DNA of 64,000 bases from Acutalibacteraceae bacterium (GTDB taxonomy: Bacteria > Bacillota > Clostridia > Oscillospirales > Acutalibacteraceae). The stretch's first letter is position 1. Each line of letters begins with the position of its first letter. The stretch covers positions 4,417 through 68,416 of the forward strand of contig JAZTZV010000053.1 of assembly GCA_045637645.1 (NCBI GenBank), given 5' to 3'. A program made the position numbers and the translations under genes. Below the pieces are notes generated by a model that was not told the DNA's origin, made no database searches, and worked only from the letters and a program-made list of their open reading frames with translations. This document shows, one piece after another, positions 29,197 to 36,126 of the stretch.

Positions 29197-30057
29197 ATGG
29201 CAATTGATGTAATCGTGCGTCAGAAACGATTGTTTAAAAAGACATTGCCGCTGAATGTGATCCTAGGTGATCGCTTGCTGTACGGCGATTTTGACGGCAT
29301 CCGTTTGATCCCCGATCAAATCGGCGCGGATTCGTTCATTGCGTTCGATCCCGAAGCGATCGCACGTGGTTTCAGCGTTGTGTGGACGAAAAATGAAAAA
29401 CAAACGGTGTCGTTTCGTCTTCCGTTGCCGTCGACGGCGAGTGAAATCCGCGCGTTTTTTGACGCGGTCGCGCGCGTGGCGACGTATTGGCGTGCCGATG
29501 TGGAACTGGACGGAACCGTGATGAATATTGCGGCGTTTTCGGAGAAATATGACGAGACGCTCGGATTTAACGAGCGCATCCTGCGCGACATGGCGTCCGA
29601 ACTTACGCAAGGAGAACAACGTGATTGGACGCTTCACGCGGCGATGTGGCCGCTTGTGATGGGGCGCGATGAAGCGGAGCGTTTTTTACAAGATCCCGAT
29701 GCTTACGGACAATGGTTACATGAGAAGCAAGCCATCGATGCGTATTATGCCGCGCCGATGTTTGCACGAACCTCCAACGGTGTGGAAGGGTATTATATGT
29801 TACCGTGCGACGCGTTGTCTGTGTTTCCGTTGGTGCCTCATGTGCCGTTCGGCGTGGTGGATCCGCAAACCGGCAAACCGTTGTCCTGCCGCACGTTTTA
29901 TGTCGTGCTGTCAGATGTGGATGCCGAGGAGGATATGGTGAAAATCCCGTATTCGCAGTTTTTTGAACGCTTGGATGATCGAAAAACTCACGAATTCGAT
30001 GTCGGACATTTTGTGCTCGATCCTTTGTCAAAACAAGAAATGGCGGAATTGATCTGA
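29197..30057 (+). CDS. Hypothetical protein (possibly DUF4299 family)
   Basis: 286 aa, soluble, no motifs I can assign. The family guess is from memory only. Confidence 0.55.
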   Translation: MAIDVIVRQKRLFKKTLPLNVILGDRLLYGDFDGIRLIPDQIGADSFIAFDPEAIARGFSVVWTKNEKQTVSFRLPLPSTASEIRAFFDAVARVATYWRADVELDGTVMNIAAFSEKYDETLGFNERILRDMASELTQGEQRDWTLHAAMWPLVMGRDEAERFLQDPDAYGQWLHEKQAIDAYYAAPMFARTSNGVEGYYMLPCDALSVFPLVPHVPFGVVDPQTGKPLSCRTFYVVLSDVDAEEDMVKIPYSQFFERLDDRKTHEFDVGHFVLDPLSKQEMAELI

Positions 30058-30072
30058 ATGAGGTGATGCTAC

Positions 30073-30612
30073 GTGACGTATCGTGTGATTCGAAGTGAAC
30101 GGAAAACCGTGTCGCTGGAAATTTCACGCGACGGTGAAGTGCTTGTTCGCGCGCCGCGTCGCATGCCGACATCTCAAATCGAGCGGTTTGTGCAAGATAA
30201 GCAAGCGTGGCTTGAAAAGCATCTGCAAAAACAAACCGCTCGTCCGTTGTTGCCGCTTTTGACACAGGCGGAAGTTCAAACCCTCGCCGAGCTGGCGCGT
30301 CAAGAATTGCCGATCCTCGTTGCGTATTACGCCGAACAACTCGGTGTTTCCTACGGACGTGTTACCGTTCGTGCGCAACATACGCGTTGGGGGAGTTGCA
30401 GTTCCAAAGGCAACCTGAATTTCAATTGTTTGTTGATGCTGACACCGCCTTCTGTGAGAGAGTATATTGTTGTGCATGAACTTTGCCATTTGAAGGAAAT
30501 GAACCATTCCGCGCGTTTTTGGGAGCAAGTGGCGCGTATCATGCCTTCGTACAAAACACCCGAAGCATGGCTCAAAGAAAACGGGCCGTCGTTGATTCGT
30601 CGTTTGGGTTAA
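30073..30612 (+). CDS. YgjP-like (DUF45/M48-like) zinc metallopeptidase
   Basis: 179 aa, GTG start. HELCHLKEMNHSARFW HExxH motif. Confidence 0.8.
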   Translation: MTYRVIRSERKTVSLEISRDGEVLVRAPRRMPTSQIERFVQDKQAWLEKHLQKQTARPLLPLLTQAEVQTLAELARQELPILVAYYAEQLGVSYGRVTVRAQHTRWGSCSSKGNLNFNCLLMLTPPSVREYIVVHELCHLKEMNHSARFWEQVARIMPSYKTPEAWLKENGPSLIRRLG

Positions 30613-30638
30613 GTGTTGATTGAACGCGGATTTGCGGC

Positions 30639-30667
30639 TTGACATTTCGCCGAAAAATCGGTATACT
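30639..30667 (+). promoter_or_regulatory. Consensus promoter driving the tRNA-Pro leader transcript
   Basis: TTGACA, 17 nt, TATACT. Predicted start near 30674. Confidence 0.8.
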
Positions 30668-30673
30668 AAAGTA

Positions 30674-30883
30674 CGTTGTTTCGAGGTGTGGCGCAATTGG
30701 GGACGTTTCCGAGCGCCGCCTGTGGCGGAAACAGCGAGGAATAAGGAGTGGCCGCAACAAGGTGAAATGAGCCGCAAAACCTTGCGGCGAAATCGAACCG
30801 CTGTTGCAACAGGAAGCGCGCTTGCGGAAAGCAAGCGAGGTCTGCAAAACGGTTGTTTGATCATGTTGAAAAGAGCAATATAT
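30674..30883 (+). ncRNA. Unclassified structured GC-rich leader co-transcribed with tRNA-Pro
   Basis: Lies between the promoter and the tRNA. Hairpins at 30705-30732, 30771-30788 (with competing 30751-30788 pairing) and 30819-30837; palindrome CTGTTGCAACAG. I recognise no Rfam class. Confidence 0.3.
30681..30700 (+). repeat. Direct repeat copy 1: exact 20-nt copy of the tRNA-Pro 5' end (position -1 through acceptor 5' strand, D-stem 5' strand and part of the D-loop)
   Basis: TCGAGGTGTGGCGCAATTGG is identical to 30883-30902. Confidence 0.95.
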
Positions 30884-30959
30884 CGAGGTGTGGCGCAATT
30901 GGTAGCGCGCTTGCTTTGGGAGCAAGATGCTGCAGGTTCAAGTCCTGTCACTTCGACCA
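30884..30959 (+). tRNA. tRNA-Pro (anticodon UGG)
   Basis: 76-nt cloverleaf folded by hand: acceptor CGAGGUG/CACUUCG, anticodon loop UUUGGGA, T-loop GUUCAAGU, encoded CCA. Confidence 0.93.
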
Positions 30960-30982
30960 TAAAAGTCAACGTTCGTTGATAC

Positions 30983-31023
30983 AAAGAAAAGTCCTTGTAG
31001 GTGGGGACTTTTCTTTGTTTTTG
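30983..31023 (+). terminator. Terminator after tRNA-Pro
   Basis: AAAGAAAAGTCC / GGACTTTTCTTT stem followed by GTTTTTG. Confidence 0.85.
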
Positions 31024-31063
31024 TGTGAAAAATTCATATTCCAACTCAAAAACAACCACATAA

Positions 31064-31160
31064 AAAATGAAACCCTCAGTTCGAAGGTTTCATTTTTAAC
31101 GTAAAGTCTTGCACCAGTGCAAGACTAAACAAGTCATTCTCCAATTAAGAGAATGACTTG
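31064..31160 (-). terminator. Three tandem hairpins downstream of the lipoprotein CDS
   Basis: Stems at 31064-31096, 31105-31126 and 31130-31160. On the minus strand the last one is followed by TTTTTT. Confidence 0.5.
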
Positions 31161-31187
31161 CAGTTTCGGTGTTTTTTATAATTATGT

Positions 31188-31640
31188 CTAATCGTTCACT
31201 TCAACCCATTCGCCACTTACATCGCAACCCACTATGGCTCTTTGCGATTTGCCCCACATTGAACATTTGGAATTAGTGCACACAAAACCCTCATTCAGTT
31301 TTGAACCTTCTCCTACTCTGTGGCCAATTGTCTCACCGTTTTGAGTTTCACCGCAAGTTTCGCACTTCCACTTATACTTAAATTCTCCAGTTTTTGAGTC
31401 AAACCAAGTAACCACGGCGCCTTGTTCGGCGTAAACAAAATATGTTTTCACATATTCTGTATGCGTCTGTTGTTGATCAGATTTATTAGTTGTGTCACTC
31501 GATTCTTTATCATCAACCTCTGTTATTTGAGATGATGATGTATTAGGTGAAGCGTCATCTTTTTTAACATCATCATTTCCACAAGCAGACAATGACAAAA
31601 CAAAAGTTACCAATAGAATAGAAATTAACAGTTTTTTCAT
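31188..31640 (-). CDS. Cys-rich lipoprotein, unknown function
   Basis: Start MKKLLISILL (AGGAGGA RBS), lipobox LSLSAC, 150 aa. Ser/Asp-rich linker, then CETC...CTNSKC...C. AT-rich codons. Confidence 0.65.
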   Translation of the reverse strand: MKKLLISILLVTFVLSLSACGNDDVKKDDASPNTSSSQITEVDDKESSDTTNKSDQQQTHTEYVKTYFVYAEQGAVVTWFDSKTGEFKYKWKCETCGETQNGETIGHRVGEGSKLNEGFVCTNSKCSMWGKSQRAIVGCDVSGEWVEVND

Positions 31641-31653
31641 TTCATTTCCTCCT

Positions 31654-31689
31654 AAAAATAAAAAAGTGCGCCAACCGAAGTCAACGCAC
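31654..31689 (-). terminator. Intrinsic terminator inside the lipoprotein leader (attenuator)
   Basis: Minus strand GUGCGUUGAC-UUCG-GUUGGCGCAC (10 bp), then UUUUUUAUUUUU, ending 3 nt before the RBS. Confidence 0.65.
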
Positions 31690-31712
31690 CGAAAAACGCA
31701 ACTCCGATTGTC

Positions 31713-31870
31713 GCCAAACAAATTACAAGTAGTGAGGATTTCTCCAATACACAATAGCTTGTTGGAATTTGCGTTTTTACCAAATTCATAAAACTATTGT
31801 GTTCACAAAAAGGGTATAATACCCCTATGAAATGAAAAAGTCCTCCTACTAGATATGTAATTTGTTTGGC
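31713..31870. repeat. Long imperfect inverted repeat (arms 31713-31738 and 31841-31870) enclosing a 102-bp core
   Basis: GCCAAACAAATTACA (31713-31727) is the exact reverse complement of 31856-31870. AGTAGTGAGGA (31728-31738) pairs with 31841-31850 with a 1-nt bulge. Confidence 0.9.
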
Positions 31871-31876
31871 ATACTC

Positions 31877-31905
31877 ATTATATCACCTTTTTAGGAGAAA
31901 ATCAA
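31877..31905 (-). promoter_or_regulatory. Strong promoter of the lipoprotein leader
   Basis: Minus strand TTGATT, 17 nt, TGaTATAAT (extended -10). TTTGAAACCC direct repeats lie upstream at 31920-31929 and 31951-31960. Confidence 0.75.
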
Positions 31906-32018
31906 TATATTTAGAATATTTTGAAACCCCCATAGGCTTGTTTTCAAAAATTTGAAACCCGCAAAATACCCGTGCAAGACTTTATACCCTTTTTTTAGGG
32001 CATAGGATATCAAACTGA

Positions 32019-32053
32019 AAGAGGCGCGGAGGTTCCGCACCTCTTTTCTTTTG
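32019..32053 (+). terminator. Orphan plus-strand terminator-like hairpin upstream of the padR promoter
   Basis: AGAGGCGCGG / CCGCACCTCT (one C.A mismatch) followed by TTTTCTTTT. No plus-strand gene lies upstream of it. Confidence 0.5.
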
Positions 32054-32080
32054 CTTTGGTGTCAATATAAACAATCCGCC

Positions 32081-32118
32081 TTGACAAACACAATACTTCG
32101 TGATACGATGTATTGTGT
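32081..32118 (+). promoter_or_regulatory. padR-operon promoter with overlapping inverted-repeat operator
   Basis: TTGACA, 17 nt, TACGAT. ACACAATAC (32088-32096) and GTATTGTGT (32110-32118) flank the -10. Confidence 0.65.
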
Positions 32119-32133
32119 AAGAGGAGGTATTGT

Positions 32134-32454
32134 ATGGATATTCAATTGAAACGCGGATTATTGGACGTTTGCGTATTGGCGGCGATCAAAAACGAAGATT
32201 CCTACGGCTATAAAATCATCAAAGATATGAAACCGTATATTGCGCTTTCCGAATCCACATTGTACACCATTCTCAAGCGTTTGGAAACAGCGAATATGCT
32301 GACTGTCCGCACCGTCGAACACGGCGGCAGGCTGCGGAAATATTATCACATTACCGACGAAGGACGAAAGCGTATTGAGGATTTCAAAAGCGAATGGAAC
32401 GAAATTCTGTCGATCTATCGATTTGTAACCAAGGAGGATGAAAGCGATGAGTAA
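32134..32454 (+). CDS. PadR family transcriptional regulator
   Basis: 106 aa from MDIQLKRG (GAGGAGG RBS). DSYGYKI...STLYTILKRLE...YYHIT winged-helix pattern. Confidence 0.88.
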   Translation: MDIQLKRGLLDVCVLAAIKNEDSYGYKIIKDMKPYIALSESTLYTILKRLETANMLTVRTVEHGGRLRKYYHITDEGRKRIEDFKSEWNEILSIYRFVTKEDESDE

Positions 32455-33049
32455 ACAAGAATTTTTGGCACGCTTGCGCAAAGGCTTGTCAGGCTTGCCG
32501 CAGAGTGATGTAGAAGAACGTTTGACATTTTACAGCGAAATGATCGACGATCGTACGGAAGAAGGATTTTCGGAAGAGGAGGCTGTTGCGGCGGTCGGGG
32601 CGGTTGAAGACATCGTCGCGCAAATCACCGCCGACATTCCGTTTGTAAAAATTGCAAAAGAGCGTCTCAAACCCAAAAGACGGCTGAACGCGTGGACGAT
32701 CGTTTTGTTGGTTATCGGTTCCCCGATTTGGCTGTCGCTCGGAATCGCCGTTTTGGCGGTGGTTCTCACGGTGTATATCTCGCTGTGGACGGTGATCGTC
32801 TCCTTGTGGGCGGTGTTTGCGTCGCTTGTTGCGTGCGCGGTCGGCGGCGCTGCGGCGAGTGTTGTCTTTGCTTGCGGCGGTCACGGCTATACGAGCGTGG
32901 CGATGCTCGCGACAACTCTTGTGTGCGCGGGATTATCCGTGTTTTGGTTCTTCGGATGTCATGCGGCATCAAAAGGTATTGTGAAATTAACAAAGCTGTT
33001 TGCTTTGTGGACAAAATCCATCTTCATCAAAAAGGAGGAAGCGGTATGA
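32447..33049 (+). CDS. DUF1700 membrane protein
   Basis: 200 aa. MSKQEFLARLRKGLSGLPQSDVEERLTFYSEMIDD is the typical DUF1700 N-terminus. Its start overlaps the end of padR by 8 nt. Confidence 0.8.
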   Translation: MSKQEFLARLRKGLSGLPQSDVEERLTFYSEMIDDRTEEGFSEEEAVAAVGAVEDIVAQITADIPFVKIAKERLKPKRRLNAWTIVLLVIGSPIWLSLGIAVLAVVLTVYISLWTVIVSLWAVFASLVACAVGGAAASVVFACGGHGYTSVAMLATTLVCAGLSVFWFFGCHAASKGIVKLTKLFALWTKSIFIKKEEAV

Positions 33050-34008
33050 GTAAAGCAACAAAAATCTGGCTTATCACAGCGGCTTCTCTTGTGTTGATCG
33101 GATGCTTGCTGTTTGGAGGAATGATGTCAATGTTAAACTGGGATTTTACAAAATTATACACCGTACAATACGAAACGAACGAACACGAGATCGCCGATGC
33201 GTTTAAAGGGATCTCGATCGAGACGACCACCGCCGACATCGTGGTGGTGCCTTGCGAGGATGAGCGAGCAACCGTCGTTTGCCGCGAACTAAAAAATGCC
33301 GCCCATGCGGTTGCGGTGCAAGACGGTGTGCTTGTGATCAAACTTGAGGACACGAGAAAATGGTACGAGCATATTGAAGTCAACTTTGGTTCGCCGTCCA
33401 TCACCGTTTCCGTCCCGAAAGGGGAGTACGGTGCGCTTTCGATCCAATCGACAACAAGCGATGTCAAAATCGAAAAAGACTTCCGTTTTGAAAGTATGGA
33501 GATCACGCAAACGACAGGTGACGCCGTCAATCGCGCGTCCGTTTCGGGTTCTGCGACTATCAAAACAACCACCGGTGATATCGTGATGGAAAACGCAGCG
33601 GCAGGTGCTCTTGCTTTAAAGACAGGAACAGGCGGAATCACGGTTTCAAACTTGACTTGTGCAAATGACATCGATCTTCAAATCGGTACGGGCAAGGCGC
33701 ACGTGAGTGATCTCACGTGCCAAAACCTCTGCATGAGCGGAAGAACAGGCGATGTTGCGTTGCGAAACGCGGTTGCCGACGAGTTGCTTTCCGCGCAAAT
33801 AACCACAGGCGATGTAATCTTCGACGCGTGCGATGCCGCTGAGTTGTTTGTCAAAGTTACGACAGGCGACGTGAAAGGCAGTTTGCTCTCCGATAAGGTG
33901 TTTGTCACCAAGACAACAACGGGCGACGTGGACGTTCCGAACACAGCCGTCGGCGGCAAATGCGAAATCACGACCGTCACGGGTGATATTGAGATCACGG
34001 TGGCGTGA
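33046..34008 (+). CDS. DUF4097-like membrane-anchored beta-helical repeat protein
   Basis: 320 aa, ATGA overlap. N-terminal TM helix, then repeated TTGD(V/I) strands. Confidence 0.72.
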   Translation: MSKATKIWLITAASLVLIGCLLFGGMMSMLNWDFTKLYTVQYETNEHEIADAFKGISIETTTADIVVVPCEDERATVVCRELKNAAHAVAVQDGVLVIKLEDTRKWYEHIEVNFGSPSITVSVPKGEYGALSIQSTTSDVKIEKDFRFESMEITQTTGDAVNRASVSGSATIKTTTGDIVMENAAAGALALKTGTGGITVSNLTCANDIDLQIGTGKAHVSDLTCQNLCMSGRTGDVALRNAVADELLSAQITTGDVIFDACDAAELFVKVTTGDVKGSLLSDKVFVTKTTTGDVDVPNTAVGGKCEITTVTGDIEITVA

Positions 34009-34017
34009 GGTTGCCTC

Positions 34018-34046
34018 TTGTTAATCGGTTCTGCTTGTGGTATACT
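34018..34046 (+). promoter_or_regulatory. Promoter of the DUF3592 gene
   Basis: TTGTTA, 17 nt, TGgTATACT. Confidence 0.6.
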
Positions 34047-34080
34047 GGTTGCAACAATTCGTGAGTAGGAGAGAGCGACT

Positions 34081-34536
34081 GTGTTGATCGACTATCTTAA
34101 AAAATACATCAAAATCCTCATCCCTGCATGTTTGCTGTCTGTGGCATTGATGATCACGGGTGCTGTCGTGTCCTATCCGTACTACAATGCTGTCCATCAG
34201 CAAGCGCTTGTCACGGCTTCGGTCAGCAAAGTGGAGGAATACGATCATCCCGAATCGATGGAGGACTGGAAAATCTATGTCAGCTATGAATACGACGGCG
34301 TGACGTATACGGATGTGTTTTGCTTCGATTCCACCCAACAATTGCCTATCGGGCATGAAGTCGAGGTGTACGTGAATCCGTCCGATCCTGCAAAAATCGT
34401 GCGAGAAGACGGCATGGCGATTGTTGTCATCGGCGTTGCGGTATTGCTGTTGACTGTTTTGGTAACCGCCGTTTTTTACGGTTTGCGACACCGTTTTAAG
34501 ACGATTTCCGAAACCGATTCGAATCGTACTGTGTGA
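34081..34536 (+). CDS. DUF3592-like two-TM membrane protein
   Basis: 151 aa, GTG start. TM, beta-rich middle (YVSYEYDGVTYT...VEVYVNPSDP), TM. Confidence 0.62.
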   Translation: MLIDYLKKYIKILIPACLLSVALMITGAVVSYPYYNAVHQQALVTASVSKVEEYDHPESMEDWKIYVSYEYDGVTYTDVFCFDSTQQLPIGHEVEVYVNPSDPAKIVREDGMAIVVIGVAVLLLTVLVTAVFYGLRHRFKTISETDSNRTV

Positions 34537-34542
34537 TAAACG

Positions 34543-34572
34543 AGAGCCGCCGCGAAAGCGACGGCTCTTTTG
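34543..34572 (+). terminator. Terminator
   Basis: AGAGCCG..CGC-GAAA-GCG..CGGCTCT followed by TTTT. Confidence 0.7.
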
Positions 34573-34693
34573 CTATGTTTATTTCGACAAAATTCAAAAA
34601 ATCTCTTGCATTTTTGAGCAAAAGGGAGTAACATACTAAAGTTGCGATTTTTTATCAATTATTTATATTTCAGTACGGAAAGGAATCGATAGT

Positions 34694-36022
34694 ATGGGTT
34701 CAACTGTCAAAAAAGGCGGATGGCGCACGAATAAATGGATTCGCGCGGCAATCCCCGCACTCTTGCTTCACTGCAGTATCGGCACGGTGTATTGCTGGTC
34801 GACGTTCAGTGAACAAATCGGTGACCACATCGGCTTTGACAAAAGCGCGGTCGAATGGGCATTCAGCTTTGCGATTTTCTTCCTCGGCATGTCCGCGGCA
34901 TTCCTCGGCAATGTCGTCGAAAAGGATATCCACAAATCGTCTTTGATCGCGACGATCTGCTTCTCCGTCGGTATGGCAGGTTCGGGCTTCTTCATTTGGT
35001 ACGGCGGTACGCATCAAGGAAGCCTGTTGTCGCTGATCGGTATCTACGTTTGCTATGGTTTGATCATGGGTGTCGGTCTCGGCATGGGTTATCTGTCGCC
35101 TGTGAAGACGCTGATGTTGTGGTTCAAAGACAATAAGGGTCTGGCAACCGGTCTTGCCGTTGCGGGCTTCGGCGCGGCGAAAGCGATCGCGACGCCGATT
35201 ATGGAATGGTTGATGAACAGCGTGTTCGGCAAAGAACATTTTTATTGGATGTTCGTCGTCTTGGCGGGTGTCTATTTTGTGATGATGTTCGTCGGTCACC
35301 TGCTTCTCAAAAAGCCCGATGATTGGCACGAGCCGCAATCCGCTTCCGAGAAGAAGAGCATGATGTCCGTCATCAAGAGCCGCCCGATCGTGAACTATAT
35401 CGGCATTTGGCTGATGTTCTATCTCAACATCACCTGTGGCTTGATGCTCATCTCGCAAGAAAAATACATCCTCAAATGCCTCGGCCTTTCGGTCGTGGTT
35501 TTCCCGATCATCTCCGCTGTGTTCAACGCGGGCGGCCGTCTCGGCTTCTCGTCGCTCGGTGATAAGTGCAAAGACCGCAACACGATCTATAAGGTGATTT
35601 TTGCGTTGTCGATCTTGTGCACCGCGGTGGTCGTTGCGACACAAGGCATCGTCAACGGCAATGTGGACGGCAAACAAAACCTTTTGCTGGTTTCGGTTGT
35701 GGTCGTGCTGATCATGATGGTCAACGCGGGTTACGGCGGCGGTTTCTCGAACCTGCCGACTCTGCTTTCCGATCACTACGGCATGTCCAACATCTCCGCC
35801 ATCCACGGTATCACGCTGTCGGCGTGGGGCTTTGCAGGCTTGACGGGTAACAACCTGGCTTCGCTGATCGTGAACAAATTCGGTGAAGAAGTTACGGTCA
35901 ACGGCAATACGGTCAACCCCTCGGGCTATCAAGCGGTGCTGTATGCAACGCTCGCGTTGTACATCGTGTCGCTGATTTTGAGCTTTGTGTTCGTCCGTCC
36001 GATGAAGAACAAAGAGAAATAA
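34694..36022 (+). CDS. MFS transporter, oxalate/formate antiporter (OFA)-like family
   Basis: 442 aa, 12 TM helices. N-terminus WIRAAIPALLLHCSIGTVYCWSTF is typical of OFA-type MFS. Confidence 0.85.
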   Translation: MGSTVKKGGWRTNKWIRAAIPALLLHCSIGTVYCWSTFSEQIGDHIGFDKSAVEWAFSFAIFFLGMSAAFLGNVVEKDIHKSSLIATICFSVGMAGSGFFIWYGGTHQGSLLSLIGIYVCYGLIMGVGLGMGYLSPVKTLMLWFKDNKGLATGLAVAGFGAAKAIATPIMEWLMNSVFGKEHFYWMFVVLAGVYFVMMFVGHLLLKKPDDWHEPQSASEKKSMMSVIKSRPIVNYIGIWLMFYLNITCGLMLISQEKYILKCLGLSVVVFPIISAVFNAGGRLGFSSLGDKCKDRNTIYKVIFALSILCTAVVVATQGIVNGNVDGKQNLLLVSVVVVLIMMVNAGYGGGFSNLPTLLSDHYGMSNISAIHGITLSAWGFAGLTGNNLASLIVNKFGEEVTVNGNTVNPSGYQAVLYATLALYIVSLILSFVFVRPMKNKEK

Positions 36023-36034
36023 GTACATATTGTC

Positions 36035-36070
36035 ATGACACCTCGGTTCTGATCGAGGTGTCATTTTTTG
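36035..36070 (+). terminator. Terminator of the MFS gene
   Basis: ATGACACCTCG / CGAGGTGTCAT 11-bp stem followed by TTTTTT. Confidence 0.85.
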
Positions 36071-36126
36071 TGCGCCGTCATATACTGGAATACCGAGGTA
36101 AAACCTCGGAGAATAGGAGGTATAAG

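Larger units (their letters stand above)
31641..31870 (-). promoter_or_regulatory. About 230-nt structured 5' leader of the lipoprotein gene (candidate cis-regulatory RNA)
   Basis: Predicted +1 at about 31870. The transcript starts with the 5' arm of a ~26-bp closing helix, holds internal helices, and ends with the terminator. Confidence 0.4.

Noticed and set aside
30620-30979. 119-aa ORF spanning the leader and tRNA-Pro, and the 83-aa ORF at 30853-31104.
   Set aside because: Both read straight through a well-formed tRNA gene and its terminator. They lack a properly spaced RBS and have no protein-like motifs, so the region is better explained as RNA.
31652-31789. 45-aa hydrophobic ORF in the lipoprotein leader as an annotated CDS (possible small membrane peptide or type I toxin-like).
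   Set aside because: It has no Shine-Dalgarno sequence, and T-rich DNA readily yields hydrophobic codons by chance. I keep it as a hypothesis inside the leader finding rather than as a feature.
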